Shown: piece by piece, positions 40,444-49,389 of the stretch
Position numbering within the stretch: position 1 is the first letter of the stretch
Layout of the letters: every line of letters starts with the position of its first letter
DNA from: Octopus sinensis
Lineage: Eukaryota
Reading direction: 5' to 3'
Assembly (NCBI RefSeq): GCF_006345805.1
Contig: NC_043004.1
Coordinates: 101,742,001-101,806,000 of the forward strand
Length of the DNA: 64,000 nucleotides
Program-made: the position numbers and the translations under genes
The notes under the pieces: model-generated
Database searches by the model: none
What the model saw: only the letters and a program-made list of their open reading frames with translations
What the model was told of the DNA's origin: nothing

Positions 40444-40974
40444 TATTATTTTCAATCGTTTGAGGCGAGTGTGCAACATTATCTTTAATCGATATTGAAT
40501 TGTGTATATATACAAGGTCTGTTTTGTTTTGAGGGGTGTGTTTTGTTGTATTTTGTGTTATTTTAGCATTAAAATTTCAGTGAGGACTATGTAGAGTGTA
40601 ATTTGTGTTGTTTGTTTGGGTTTGGTTAACTGCGTAATAAAAAAAAAACTATCAAAATTAGGTTAATGCATTTGTAATGAAGCAAACGAGCAAAACTGTA
40701 TTTTTTGTAAAACTATTTGACTTACAGATGAATAAGGTTGTCCGTTAGAAACTCCCGCAAAGAAGACATCGGCGTTTTTCAAGTTACCGTCCGTTGACAA
40801 GCCTAGCATCACATAACCGAGTGTTTTAACTTCAGTATGGAATTCAATGTGAGATTTATTGAATTTCCATGAAAGGTGATAAGTTTTGTTGGGGTCCAGA
40901 TAAAGAGAACGGGAATAATCATCCGCCAAAACACTGGAACCAAAGCAAGAGAGCACGAATGCCAGAAAATACAT
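2388..40974 (-). CDS. MOXD1: DBH-like copper type II monooxygenase (MOXD1-like), 10 coding exons in window, 3' end beyond left edge
   Basis: Exons 40974-40726, 36374-36231, 33346-33188, 20666-20583, 17368-17186, 9716-9614, 9309-9143, 8441-8238, 6363-6304 and 2497-2388 all have GT-AG boundaries and compatible phases, giving about 487 aa with no stop. Signal peptide, DOMON, TTYWC, VHHM, WAVGG, EMHYDNP, DSSG, HAH, YDFDYQ and HEMC motifs occur in the MOXD/DBH order. The symbol is family-level; orthology was not tested. Confidence 0.93.
2610..4570 (-). mobile_element. L1/Tx1-clade LINE ORF2, degenerate
   Basis: [34 protein letters not shown], decayed YADD (YPDE), [15 protein letters not shown]. 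Confidence 0.88.
4575..4990 (-). mobile_element. R4/Dong-like (RLE) LINE fragment
   Basis: Zinc-knuckle region CRIC...[19 protein letters not shown]. Confidence 0.7.
5631..5937 (-). mobile_element. SINE family B (head and 5' body as A, different tail)
   Basis: TSD cactgagagatat (5618-5630, 5938-5950); second copy at 28197. Confidence 0.9.
6304..6363 (-). CDS. MOXD1: MOXD1-like exon 9
   Basis: tttcag|[20 protein letters not shown]|gtaagt; 60 nt. Confidence 0.9.
6406..6976 (+). mobile_element. 3' UTR of a non-LTR retroelement with poly(A)/(AAT)n tail
   Basis: Block of distinct composition ending ctctctcactc-A20-(AAT)n; family not assigned. Confidence 0.55.
7778..8160 (+). mobile_element. SINE family A
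   Basis: Near-identical to 732-1122; inserted in (TA)n. Confidence 0.92.
8238..8441 (-). CDS. MOXD1: MOXD1-like exon 8 (CuM HxH)
   Basis: ataaag|[38 protein letters not shown]...[10 protein letters not shown]...LLK|gtaaga; 204 nt; the acceptor position is slightly less certain. Confidence 0.9.
9143..9309 (-). CDS. MOXD1: MOXD1-like exon 7
   Basis: ttgtag|(G)[26 protein letters not shown]...[21 protein letters not shown]|gtaagt; 167 nt, phase 1-0. Confidence 0.92.
9614..9716 (-). CDS. MOXD1: MOXD1-like exon 6 (third CuH His)
   Basis: tcctag|[35 protein letters not shown]|gtaggt; 103 nt, phase 0-1. Confidence 0.93.
10000..12460 (+). mobile_element. L1/Tx1-clade LINE ORF2, degenerate
   Basis: [44 protein letters not shown]. 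Confidence 0.88.
12600..13300 (-). mobile_element. Penelope-like element fragment (linker + GIY-YIG)
   Basis: [21 protein letters not shown]; [11 protein letters not shown]. Confidence 0.7.
13860..14630 (+). mobile_element. Gypsy-like LTR retrotransposon 5' fragment (LTR end, PBS, gag start)
   Basis: ...tacCA-gTGGTG near 14110; gag-like [11 protein letters not shown]...[23 protein letters not shown]; broken frames. Confidence 0.6.
15170..16226 (+). mobile_element. CR1-type LINE 3' fragment with (TTA)n tail
   Basis: [44 protein letters not shown]. Confidence 0.9.
17186..17368 (-). CDS. MOXD1: MOXD1-like exon 5 (CuH His-His)
   Basis: tttcag|[23 protein letters not shown]...[13 protein letters not shown]|gtaagt; 183 nt. 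Confidence 0.93.
17990..18221 (+). mobile_element. Helitron/Helentron 3' end
   Basis: gcccgagcaacgccgggc hairpin followed by CTAG-T at 18218-18222; 5' limit uncertain. Confidence 0.65.
18441..18524 (+). ncRNA. Type I hammerhead motif (duplicate, one helix III change)
   Basis: Same as 19442 but GAAA-tgcg-TT. Confidence 0.65.
18977..19385 (-). mobile_element. SINE family D
   Basis: tRNA-like head aggagtggctgtgtggt...ggttcagtccc, internal microsatellite, (agagtaaa)n tail. Confidence 0.9.
19442..19525 (+). ncRNA. Type I hammerhead ribozyme motif
   Basis: ctctgtg-CTGATGA-cggg...ccca-GAAA-cgcg-TT-cacgag. Confidence 0.75.
19735..20215 (-). mobile_element. RTE-like LINE 3' end with three C2H2 fingers
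   Basis: CIVCDRPC...[15 protein letters not shown]...[15 protein letters not shown]...GLKSHIRRH; one stop between fingers; short 3' UTR into (TA)n. Confidence 0.6.
20583..20666 (-). CDS. MOXD1: MOXD1-like exon 4
   Basis: tttcag|[28 protein letters not shown]|gtatgt; 84 nt, TTYWC motif; not in the ORF track. Confidence 0.9.
20750..21273. mobile_element. Two diverged family D SINEs head-to-head across (TA)n
   Basis: 20750-21098 (-) and 21124-21273 (+). Confidence 0.8.
21291..21692 (+). mobile_element. SINE family D
   Basis: Near-identical reverse complement of 18977-19385. Confidence 0.9.
22111..22183 (-). ncRNA. Type I hammerhead ribozyme motif
   Basis: ggtca-CTGATGA-gaaat...atttt-GAAA-cctagg-TC-taacc; one mismatch in helix I. 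Confidence 0.72.
23351..24178 (+). repeat. Tandem array at the LINE 5' end (about 11 copies of ctaattagcc-taagattaaataacg; 180-bp higher-order period)
   Basis: Lines starting 23641/23821 and 23701/23881 are nearly identical; acccacactttaa recurs. Confidence 0.92.
24239..25147 (+). CDS. LINE ORF1: N-terminal Myb/SANT-like (trihelix) domain + CCCH zinc finger
   Basis: Intact 302 aa. The W..DE...F..AW...IA..L...GY.RT..Q..RK...Y...W....LD pattern is followed by [22 protein letters not shown]. Confidence 0.75.
   Translation: MSRAWRPDELDLFVQAWECAGGDSPSEVIAAALKSRGYKRTAAQMERKRREFVRSYALVWSHIGALDAIFENERGKDDMNGDDERSHPHLVDAREEVLNEKPAREVNPGASSPTGSKGHGDGEPGEEVEGGGRTKRRAGRAKGKAQAGPKGEKTRNRSGTAKDGNGQRTQVCRFYLRGSCWHGKEGAGCRFAHRGPCHRDTRQMYKPSTQGKGMDHAPFAPKRRYADVVRARNHQHDVVERAAAEQQSFLCMAQKIVQQLTWLHQTQARRWDYPLYTRPPPQQTDPGWTPPATTYTSPRCSY
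25099..28094 (+). pseudogene. LINE ORF2 (AP endonuclease + reverse transcriptase), two lesions
   Basis: [57 protein letters not shown]; a 1-nt frameshift near 25520 and an in-frame TAG at 27543. Confidence 0.93.
28197..28518 (-). mobile_element. SINE family B
   Basis: Colinear with 5631-5937; abuts the LINE tail. Confidence 0.88.
28525..28746. mobile_element. Foldback MITE with about 80-bp arms
   Basis: gtgtacatttaaa...gccaaagtcca pairs with tggactttggc...tttaaatgtacac; diverged half copy near 21968. Confidence 0.8.
28996..30835. repeat. Tandem repeat of an 880-885 bp unit (2 copies + start of a third) between (TA)n tracts
   Basis: Units start at 28996, 29876 and 30761 and are highly similar; Penelope pLTR-like arrangement (inference). 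Confidence 0.9.
32110..32654 (-). mobile_element. SINE family E with triplicated body
   Basis: One head (aaggcggcgagctggcag) and three units of about 185 bp with the gtcgactttgcctttcatcctttcggggtc core. Confidence 0.88.
33188..33346 (-). CDS. MOXD1: MOXD1-like exon 3 (DOMON end + linker)
   Basis: ttctag|[53 protein letters not shown]|gtaaga; 159 nt. Confidence 0.88.
36231..36374 (-). CDS. MOXD1: MOXD1-like exon 2 (DOMON)
   Basis: ttgcag|[48 protein letters not shown]|gtaagt; 144 nt, phase 0-0. Confidence 0.88.
36560..37000 (-). mobile_element. Penelope-like GIY-YIG C-terminus plus 3' UTR
   Basis: [18 protein letters not shown]...[17 protein letters not shown], followed by a decayed hammerhead. 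Confidence 0.8.
36575..36610 (-). ncRNA. Decayed hammerhead motif in the Penelope 3' UTR
   Basis: gaaat-TTGATA-tgttaaacac-GAAA-ccgg-TA-atttc; core mutated. Confidence 0.45.
37422..37506 (-). ncRNA. Hammerhead motif, variant at the cleavage junction
   Basis: ttcc-CTGAAGA-gaagat...gtcttc-GAAA-catg-TT-tc-ggaa. Confidence 0.6.
37560..37910 (-). mobile_element. Tigger/pogo 5' fragment
   Basis: Terminus cagagtagaacctcg; [33 protein letters not shown] (CENP-B/psq HTH start). Confidence 0.7.
37975..38207 (-). mobile_element. SINE family E
   Basis: Single-unit copy; fragments also near 7070-7200 and 1385-1420. Confidence 0.88.
38555..38634 (-). ncRNA. Type I hammerhead ribozyme motif, intact core
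   Basis: ttc-CTGAAGA-gaaag.cacaat...attgtg.ctttc-GAAA-cacgtg-TA-gaa. Confidence 0.8.
39240..40315 (+). mobile_element. Penelope-like RT N-terminal fragment
   Basis: INLS...[17 protein letters not shown]...[14 protein letters not shown]. Confidence 0.75.
40340..40450. repeat. (CAT)n microsatellite in intron 1
   Basis: Direct reading. Confidence 0.95.
40726..40974 (-). CDS. MOXD1: MOXD1-like exon 1 (signal peptide + DOMON start)
   Basis: [20 protein letters not shown]...YHLSWKFN...[24 protein letters not shown]...YSS, then donor gtaagt; 249 nt. Confidence 0.92.
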
Positions 40975-41104
40975 TGTTATCAGTGTTGGCTTCTGAGTTT
41001 GTCAAAGGAAATTTTCAGTAGATTTACAACCACTACTTTGATTCAATGCCTATAAGAGAAATGAATTAGGCACCCGAAATACTTTTCTGCGTGATTTGCA
41101 TTTG

Positions 41105-41210
41105 ATGTAATCACCTGCGTTATCACATGATTCATTAAGGAAGGTATATAATCACGTGATTTTTTAAGGAAGGTTTATACTCACATAATTCCAATGAAGG
41201 TGTATAATCT
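41105..41210 (-). promoter_or_regulatory. Candidate proximal promoter with E-box cluster
   Basis: CACCTG (41112), TCACATGA (41123) and TCACGTGA (41152), 140-185 bp upstream of the ATG. Confidence 0.35.
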
Positions 41211-41414
41211 AAAATTAGACACTAGGCAGACACCGCCGACATATACTTTTGCTATTGCATATGCACACAATAACTTTAGAACTGCAAAATACACTTACAA
41301 AGTCATTAACACACATAAAACACAAATGCTATTGTATAATCAGAGAGAAGCGTTCTGTATGAGAAGGACATTGATTTATATCTTCTAGGAGTTGTCTTCT
41401 GTTTTTAGTACTTA

Positions 41415-42676
41415 CGAGGGGCGTTCAATAAGTAATGCCTCTGACCCACTTCCCATAGCAGTAGAGCAACGACATTTGGCACAGTTATTAGTCTTTTCCT
41501 ACATAGGAACTACCCAGAGTTATGCATTTCTCCCATCGTTTGATACAGCTCTGGAGACCGTTTTTGTAGAAGACCCCAGCTTGGTCCTCCAACCACGTCG
41601 TGACTTCAGAAATCAAGGCTGCATCATCTGGGAAACGCTTTCCTTTCAAAATCAACTTCATGGCTGGGAAGAGGTGAAAATCAGAGGGTGCAAGGGGAGG
41701 AGTTCATAGCTGCACGCCTGTGCTTCTGATCTGGCGACACGCGAGTTGTGGACCGGAGCGTTGTCCTGCAGGAGGAGGATGCCTTTGCTGATCTTGCTCC
41801 GCCTCTTGATTTTGATAGCTTCTCTTAATTTCCTCAAAAGTGAAGCATAATAGGCTCCTGTAATTGTGGTACCCTTTGCCAGGAAATCTGTCATCACTAC
41901 TCCGTCCTGGTCCCAGAAGACTGTGAGCATAACCTTGTCAGCGGAGGGCTGCACCCTTGCCTTCTTTGGAGGAGGTGAGCCACGGTGCTTTCACTGCATT
42001 GACTGAGCTTTGGTCTATGGATCATAGTGATGGACCCATGTTTTATCCTGTGCGATCAGTCTTTTGAAAAATTTTGACTCATCTTCTTGGCACATCTCCA
42101 AATTCATCCTCGAGCACTCAACGCGTTCTTGCTTCTGGAAAGGTGTGAGCAACCTGGAAATCCATCTGGCAGACACCTTTTGCATATGCAAATGGTCATG
42201 AATGATAGTTTCCACAGACCCGGTACTAATCTTGACCTTATGGGCTATTTGGCGAATAGTTATGCGTTGATCTTCCAAAATGGCAGCCTCAACTTGACGG
42301 ACAGACGTCTCATCAACGGCAGAAGGGGGCGACCAGATCTGGGAGCTGTTTCCACAGAGTTCCGACCATGTTTGATTTCACAATGCCAGCGTTTTACAAG
42401 GTCATATGATGGGGCATCATCACCATAAGTTACTTTCATTTCATCAAAAGTCTCCCGTGGTGTGCGTCCTTTCAAATACAAAAACCAGATCACTGCTCGA
42501 CACTCAACAGGCTCCATTTCACACTTGACTCAGTTCAAACACCTGTAAATCAGAAACCACAATTAGCTCAGAGCTGTAATTCGCCACTTAATCTATAGAG
42601 GTATAAATAAGTGCACATGCAGCTAGATCAAACAACTGCAAGTGGGTCAGGGGCATTACTTATTGAACGCCCCTCG
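41415..42676 (-). mobile_element. Full-length mariner (irritans/Hsmar2-like), defective transposase
   Basis: TIRs cgaggggcgttcaataagtaatgcc with TA on both sides; 1262 bp; PRSGRP, WISRLL, QDNAPVH; frameshift, stops and a damaged YSPDLAP region. Confidence 0.95.
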
Positions 42677-45676
42677 TAGATACTTTTAAAGGATTTTTGT
42701 TCATCAAGTACTTGGATAATCTCAGCTGATGGACATGCTATTTAACACACTGTATAATTTACATAAGCCCGTAGTCTATTGGTATTTTGCAAAGAGAACG
42801 CTCACATATGATATTTATAATATTCAGAATTATACGCTACACTCCCCAGACTTAGCTCATTCTACTCCCTACTGTCTCAGACACTTAAATCAACTTAATG
42901 AATTGTTTTGTATCCTTTTATTTACGAAACAGGGCAGTGGCCATTGCGCTTCACAAGGTCACCGACACCGGTGAATGGAGGAGGGGGGTATCCTGAAACT
43001 GAAAAACTGGACCCAATGCTTGCAACAGAAAGAATTTCGATAGAGGTAACCAAGATGTCTCATGGTCTTGTTAAAACGGGGGATATGTTGTCTAACATTG
43101 ATCATCAGAATACTACAAACAACATGGCTGGTCTCCGTATGAACAGGCATTCGTTTCACTGCATTCGCGGCATGGCTGACAGTTTCTTTCTCAAACCGTC
43201 TTGCAATTCCTATCCTGGAAATTTCTGACAGTTTCTTCATTTATGACGTATGATCGTTTTATATTTCATGCTTCATTTATCTTTCTCACCCTTCTTTACA
43301 TTAAACATCTCACTGTAATATTAATGTGCTCGCCATTCCCTAGAATTATCATTAGAATTTCTAATTAGTGTTGTGCTTCCTAGTTTTTGCGAAATCCAGT
43401 TTTTCGACATTGGCACTAACACAACTAATTATATAATCAAAGTCTCCAATATAATCTAATTTTACGGATAGTACCTGCATATTTATCATTAGTTCCGAAT
43501 ACTTTCTTATTTGTTCTTTCATCTGAAACAGTATGCTAACGTATACAGATAACAATGTCGGCATTAAGCAAATTAAAAAAGTTAAAAAATTTCTACAAGA
43601 GATGAAAGTAGTAACTATACTGAGAAGTAATACTCAGCGTCACTTCAATATGGATGTTACTATCGTTTTAAGCTCAGGAGGAGCCTTCTCCAGCAGGTTA
43701 TTGATGCAATCTTCACCCTATATATATTGCAAGCAGGGGAGCGAACCCCTACCATCTTCTAGCGACAAAGACCGGATTACCAGAGTGAACACTTTCTAGC
43801 TATTTCTGCTCATCCTCAATGGTGGACACCCATCCGCTAAAGATAGCAGTAATCTGCTCCAGCTCCGAAATATATAGAAAAATAAGTAGTAACCAGTAAC
43901 TATACTGAGACGTAATGTTTATTGCCACTTCAATATGGTTGTTCCATAGGAACTGATATTACTACCTTTTTTAACGTTCTAGTGCGTGCTGAAGCAGACT
44001 ATTGCTATCTCTAGCGGACGAGTGACTACAAATGAGGATGGTCTGTCACTGTTGCTAGGTGGTAGGTGTTCGCTTCCTTACTTGCAGAATATATCGGGTG
44101 CAGATTACATCGATTACCAGCTAGAGAAAACTCCTCCTGGAGTTAAAAAATGTCTATTGACTTTGTATAGATGCTAGGCCACTAGCAGAAAAAATGTATA
44201 GATATATGTGTGTTTGTGTAGTTAGGTATATATACTGTATATCTATGTGCTCGAGATATATGTGTGTCTGTGCCTACACACGTATGTGTGTATATCTGTG
44301 TTTCTCTTTCCTTCACTAGGGATATTTGTGAAGTTCCTAATGAGTATCCAAATAAAAGCGCTATATTTGAATACTCGTGAATTTTGTAATTATAAAATAC
44401 ACCTTTTTAAACGCATTTTTGTATTATTAAATGCATTTTTATATTATAATTGCATTTTTGTATTATAATAATTCATTTTTGTATTATAAATGCATCTTAA
44501 ATTCATTTCTGTGATATAATGCATTTTTGTATAATAAAATATTTCCTGTGTCAGACGAATTTTGATAAGAAATTCCTTACAAGTTTATAGAACATGTTAA
44601 TCTTTGTAAATCCCATTAGCAAATGAAACACGTGTAATGGAGAATAGATGATACCAAAAAATTTCCATTTCCTCACACATGAGAGTATACAAGGTTTACG
44701 CAGATGTATCCTTGAGTGATAGAAATTAAATGCATGTGAATATAATGTACGTAATGTTCGGTGATTCATTTAACATACAGATCATATGTTAGGATCGGTT
44801 TATGTTCTCTATACCTTTATTTAATGTCCTTTAGTATACAATGCAAAAGGAAACAGGTCTTTGTCTAGAATGACTCATTCGATTTGTTATTGTAAGCATT
44901 AATGTGTACTAGACAAGACACTATATATTCTATGTGTGATTAAGTTGAATTTTCAGTTTATTTTTGCGTCATGCCTTTAATATTCACGTGAAAATAGGTT
45001 GCATAGCTTTGTCTATTTTATCTCTTTAGCTTGTGTTTAACATGGGGAATGGCTGAGAATAAAATTAAGAATATCTGACGTATTTTCATCGCGCTCGTAA
45101 TAGACAAAACTTCGACGGTTTTTGTGCAGACGACTGAAGATTAATAAAAATAGCAAGAGATTTACTAATGTCTTCACTCTGTAGAAGAGTTACCTCTGCT
45201 GTAAGCGCATTTTGATTTATTCAATGCGATAGGGGAAACGGTGTCTATCTTTTACACGGATAAGCCGTTACAAGCCCATAGTTTCCAACTTCAAGAATTA
45301 TGTGGTACTCGGGTCTCTACTTCGTGAAGGCCAACTCCATAGCATCATGACTGCACATGTGTATTGCACTGGCGAGCTGTCACCAGGAAATGTATGGCTC
45401 AAAAACGATTTTTTACTCCAAAAGTGAAATTTTGTCACAAAGTTATTCCCTTAACTTCTAACGCACAAGTGGTGTTACTGAAGTAGTTTGTGGCTCATTA
45501 GGAAGTGTTGGAAGTTGCCTTCGATTCATGAAGTTGTGTTCCCTGGATGCTATACATTGCAAGTGCTGTGTACGAGGTAATCCCCAGAAATTCATGGTCG
45601 GGACTAATTGTTACAGTGTATCAACTTACCCCAGGCATGCAAAAACTTACCTCTTCTATTTCAGTTTAACATGCCA

Positions 45677-45775
45677 TGCCTAGAAATTACAAAACGAAGA
45701 TTACAAGGGGAGATACCCTCCTGATGTCATGGAAAGAGTCGCAAGAAAAGTTGTGGATGAAAAGAAATCATTATG
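45677..45775 (+). mobile_element. pogo-like transposase N-terminal fragment
   Basis: MPRNYKTKITRGDTPPDVMERVARKVVDEKKSL, truncated by a LINE fragment. Confidence 0.45.
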
Positions 45776-45779
45776 GAAT

Positions 45780-46345
45780 GCGCTGAGGTTGTGGCATCTC
45801 GTGTGGCACGAATCCGGCTATCTGCTGAATCCATTATGAAGGTTCCCTGTCGCCCTCCTTTCGCCAGGAGTTGCAGGCAATTTTTAATTATCTAGTGACA
45901 ATAGCGAAAGAGGTAGTATGGTGGACCCGTTTGAAAGGGCTAAACACAGGCACTTTCCTCTTTGGCCAAGCCCTCATCAACTTTTACAAGTTTCACTTGA
46001 AAAGGAAGTTGAGGGTGGAGAGGGAAGTATTGCCTTGTAGCAAGTTTATTGATGGGTGGGTGAATGCTGGAAGAATGGCCAGTGTGAAAGGACCAATTCT
46101 GAGCGTGTGCACCTGTAAAACAAAGGAGAATTGTTCTTACCCTGTTGTTCAGGTACCCGAGGCATTTGTAGGTTTTTCCACGAGGACCTTAAAGCGCCTC
46201 CTTTATTGGGAGTTTAAATTGTTTCACTTTTTTGGTATTACATTATATAAACGCGAAGACCAAATTTCGTCCTCTTCCGTTTGAAATGTTGCTGCATGTC
46301 TTTTAATGCTTTGTATGTGAGCCCTTGTGGCCAATAAAAGAATTA
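45780..46345 (+). mobile_element. L1/Tx1 3' end running into (TTA)n
   Basis: AKEVVWWTRLKG...FHLKRKLRVERE; tgtggccaataaaagaa followed by a TTA tail. Confidence 0.75.
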
Positions 46346-46382
46346 ATTATTATTATTTTTATCATTATTATTATTATTATCA

Positions 46383-46424
<42 letters not shown>

Positions 46425-46480
46425 TATTATTATTATCATTGTTAATATTATTATTATTATTATCATTATTATTATCATCA

Positions 46481-46525
<45 letters not shown>

Positions 46526-46562
46526 TATTATCATTATTATTATTATTATTATTGTTATTATT

Positions 46563-46606
<44 letters not shown>

Positions 46607-46614
46607 CATTATTA

Positions 46615-46651
<37 letters not shown>

Positions 46652-46682
46652 CATTATTATCATCATTATATTATTATTATCA

Positions 46683-46736
<54 letters not shown>

Positions 46737-46765
46737 CATTATTATTATTATTATTATTATTATTA
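46346..46765. repeat. (TTA)n microsatellite, about 420 bp
   Basis: Direct reading; a second array lies at about 47131-47400. Confidence 0.97.
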
Positions 46766-47130
46766 CGTTTTTCTTCTTCTTTCAAATTTGCTTCCATTTC
46801 TTGCCGAGTGTCTTCCTGACTCCTAGGGCAAAGAAACTCATAGTATACATTGGTAGGCCATTAAACCAAACTCAATAGTTCGTTCATTTTTTTTTTTAAG
46901 TTAAATTAAAATACATGAGCAGCAACAGTTCTCACATCGACAATGCTCTTTTCAATACGTGTGATGTACCAGTTAAGACAATCTTTTGCACGTCTTGCAG
47001 GGATGGTAAGCCAGGGATCATTCTCATATAATTTTCGGTTCCCTTCTTGATCATTCCTAGTGCTCCTGCGATCACTGGTATTGTAACTGCCTTGAGATGC
47101 CACATTTTCTCAATTTCAATGAGTAGGTCT
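46766..47130 (-). mobile_element. R4/Dong-like LINE 3' end between two (TAA)n arrays
   Basis: KYKDLLIEIEKMWHLKAVTIPVIAGALGMIKK restriction-like endonuclease C-terminus; 3' UTR runs into (TAA)n. Confidence 0.75.
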
Positions 47131-47150
47131 TTATATTTTTTATTTATATA

Positions 47151-47197
<47 letters not shown>

Positions 47198-47230
47198 TAT
47201 TATTATTATTATTATTAATTATTATTATTA

Positions 47231-47292
<62 letters not shown>

Positions 47293-47339
47293 TTTATTAT
47301 TATTATTATTATTTTATATTATTATTATTATTATTATTA

Positions 47340-47395
<56 letters not shown>

Positions 47396-47401
47396 TTTAA
47401 A

Positions 47402-47722
47402 GACTCCGCCGGTTACGACGACGAGGGTCCCAGCTGATACGATCAACGGAACAGCTTGCTCGTGAAATTAACGTGCAAATGGCTGAGCATTCCACAGACA
47501 CGTGTACCCTTAACGTAGTTCTCGGGGATAATCAGCGTGACACAGAGAGTGACAAGGCTGACCCTTTGAAATACAAGTACAACTCATTTTTGCCAGCTGA
47601 GAGGACTGGAGCAACGTGAAATAAAGTGCCTTGCTCAAGGACACAACGCGTCGCCGGGAATCGAACTCACAACCTTACGATCATGAGCCGAATGCCCTAA
47701 CCACTAAGCCACGCGACTTCAC
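47402..47722 (-). mobile_element. SINE family C (tail as A, different body)
   Basis: tRNA head, ccttgagcaaggcacttt core, 3' half matching family A. Confidence 0.85.
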
Positions 47723-47799
47723 TATTATTATATACACTCAACGGATTAGGCCGATGAAAAATAAATGAATCTTAGCAAGTAGACTTAGATGTCAAGAAC

Positions 47800-48800
47800 C
47801 CTCCTATCGAGTTACAGCAAGTAACCTTAGATGTTAAGGTCCCTCCTAAGTATCCTAGCTGTCCCTAATACCACTATTTTCTGCGGCTGTACTAAACTGG
47901 GTTTTATGCCTATTTCTTCTACCCGTATATTCATATCTTTAGGGGATACTTCCCAATGCACCTCGAGCTACTGGAATATATTTTACCTGCACATTCCATA
48001 GTCTCTGTAAATCGATAACTAGGTCATGGTAGTTTGCTACTTTTTCTATACTTGTCATATTAATTTTTTCATCATTTGGGACTGTAAAGTCCAGCAACAT
48101 CTTGTACTTCTTACATTCTTGTACTTTACTTGGTTCATGTTCATACCATTTATCAGTATAGCTTTCTACAAAGATCCCAATGGATTGGTCTCCCTCGACT
48201 GCCATGTTTTTTCTTGTATTATTTCTGTATCATCGTACTACATACACTTACTATATGAGTAACGCTTTGCGCTTTTGATTTGCATAATCTACATTAGGAA
48301 TCTACTTGGTTTTTGTTTATTTTCTCTTTTATCCAATTAACCTTTATGCTTGATGTTGTGCAGCTATTAACAAACTTTATGTCTCCCGCTTCAGCTTTCC
48401 CTTCAGCAACCATGTCTCACTATTACTATTTGCCCTAACTATATTTGGGAATCTACTATGCAACATCACTGCTGACAATTTCTTTTTTTTTTCTGGTTTT
48501 TAGTTTGGGCTTTTGGTTTCCCTATGTCTTGCTGTGAGTCAAGCAGCTTTTAATAAACTTTCTTCGCTATTACCTATATAGGAGTCTATATCTATTCTAG
48601 CTAACTCTACGCAGTCTTCTACTGATATTAACCCTCTTCCGCCTTCCTTTCTAGATAAGCATAATCTTGCAATTCCTGCCCTTAGGTGGAGTCCTCCATT
48701 CATATTGAATTCCTTCATGTTTCTTTCTAGCTTTGCTAATTCAGTTTTCGTCCATGAGTGTGGGATCATGTCACGGGCTTTTCTATACTCTATCCATCCT
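47800..48800 (-). mobile_element. R4/Dong-like LINE fragment
   Basis: WTKTEL, RKEGGRGLISVEDC, KWYEHEP, YHDLVIDLQRLWNVQVKYIPVARGALGSIP. Confidence 0.8.
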
Positions 48801-48924
48801 ATTTACGCACGAGTTAATTTTAGACCTGGCTGCTTCTCACTCACTACCAGCTCCCTCACTTTCTTTAACCATACTGCATCTCCATACTGCATTATTGTTA
48901 CTATTATTATTATTGTTGTTGTTG

Positions 48925-49385
48925 TTGTGGCGAAAGAAGTTGTTTGGTGGACAAAGCCGAAAGGCATGAGAGGAGATATATTCCTCTTTTGTAGAGATCT
49001 CACAAACTTTTTCAAGTTTTTCAAGTTTCACTAAAAAGATGCTGAGAGCGGAGAGGGAAGTGCTATCCTCGAGTGGGTGAAAGTTGTGAAAATGGTAAGC
49101 ACTTAGTCTTGGGGTTTCAGGGAAATCTCAGAAAGTGGAGTTCCTTGATTATCCCTAGAGGCCTCCCTGTATCAGGAGGACCACATCTCTATCATCGTCC
49201 CCGCCATTTGTTATTACTTGATATACTATGCATGTGTCCCTTTCTTCTTCAGCATATACGGTGCATACTTACTTATTTATCATTTCATTATTATATGTAA
49301 ACCCCTACACTTTATCTTTGTCTCTGTATTGTCCCCCTCATCCTTCGCCCTTGTGGCATATAAATGAAATCATTGTTATTATTAT
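48925..49385 (+). mobile_element. L1/Tx1 3' end
   Basis: AKEVVWWTKPKG; cccttgtggcatataaatgaaat followed by a short TTA tail. Confidence 0.7.
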
Positions 49386-49389
49386 TTTG

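Noticed and set aside
42900-43240. Possible Tc1-like transposase remnant
   Set aside because: Only a vague resemblance; no TIR or catalytic motif found
44335-44390. Hammerhead-like hairpin ctaatgagtat...atactcgtgaa
   Set aside because: Both core boxes are broken and there is no helix I or III
46325-47400. Long poly-I/L/Y ORFs
   Set aside because: Translations of (TTA)n arrays. The YIYI and CVCV ORFs across the window come from other microsatellites in the same way.
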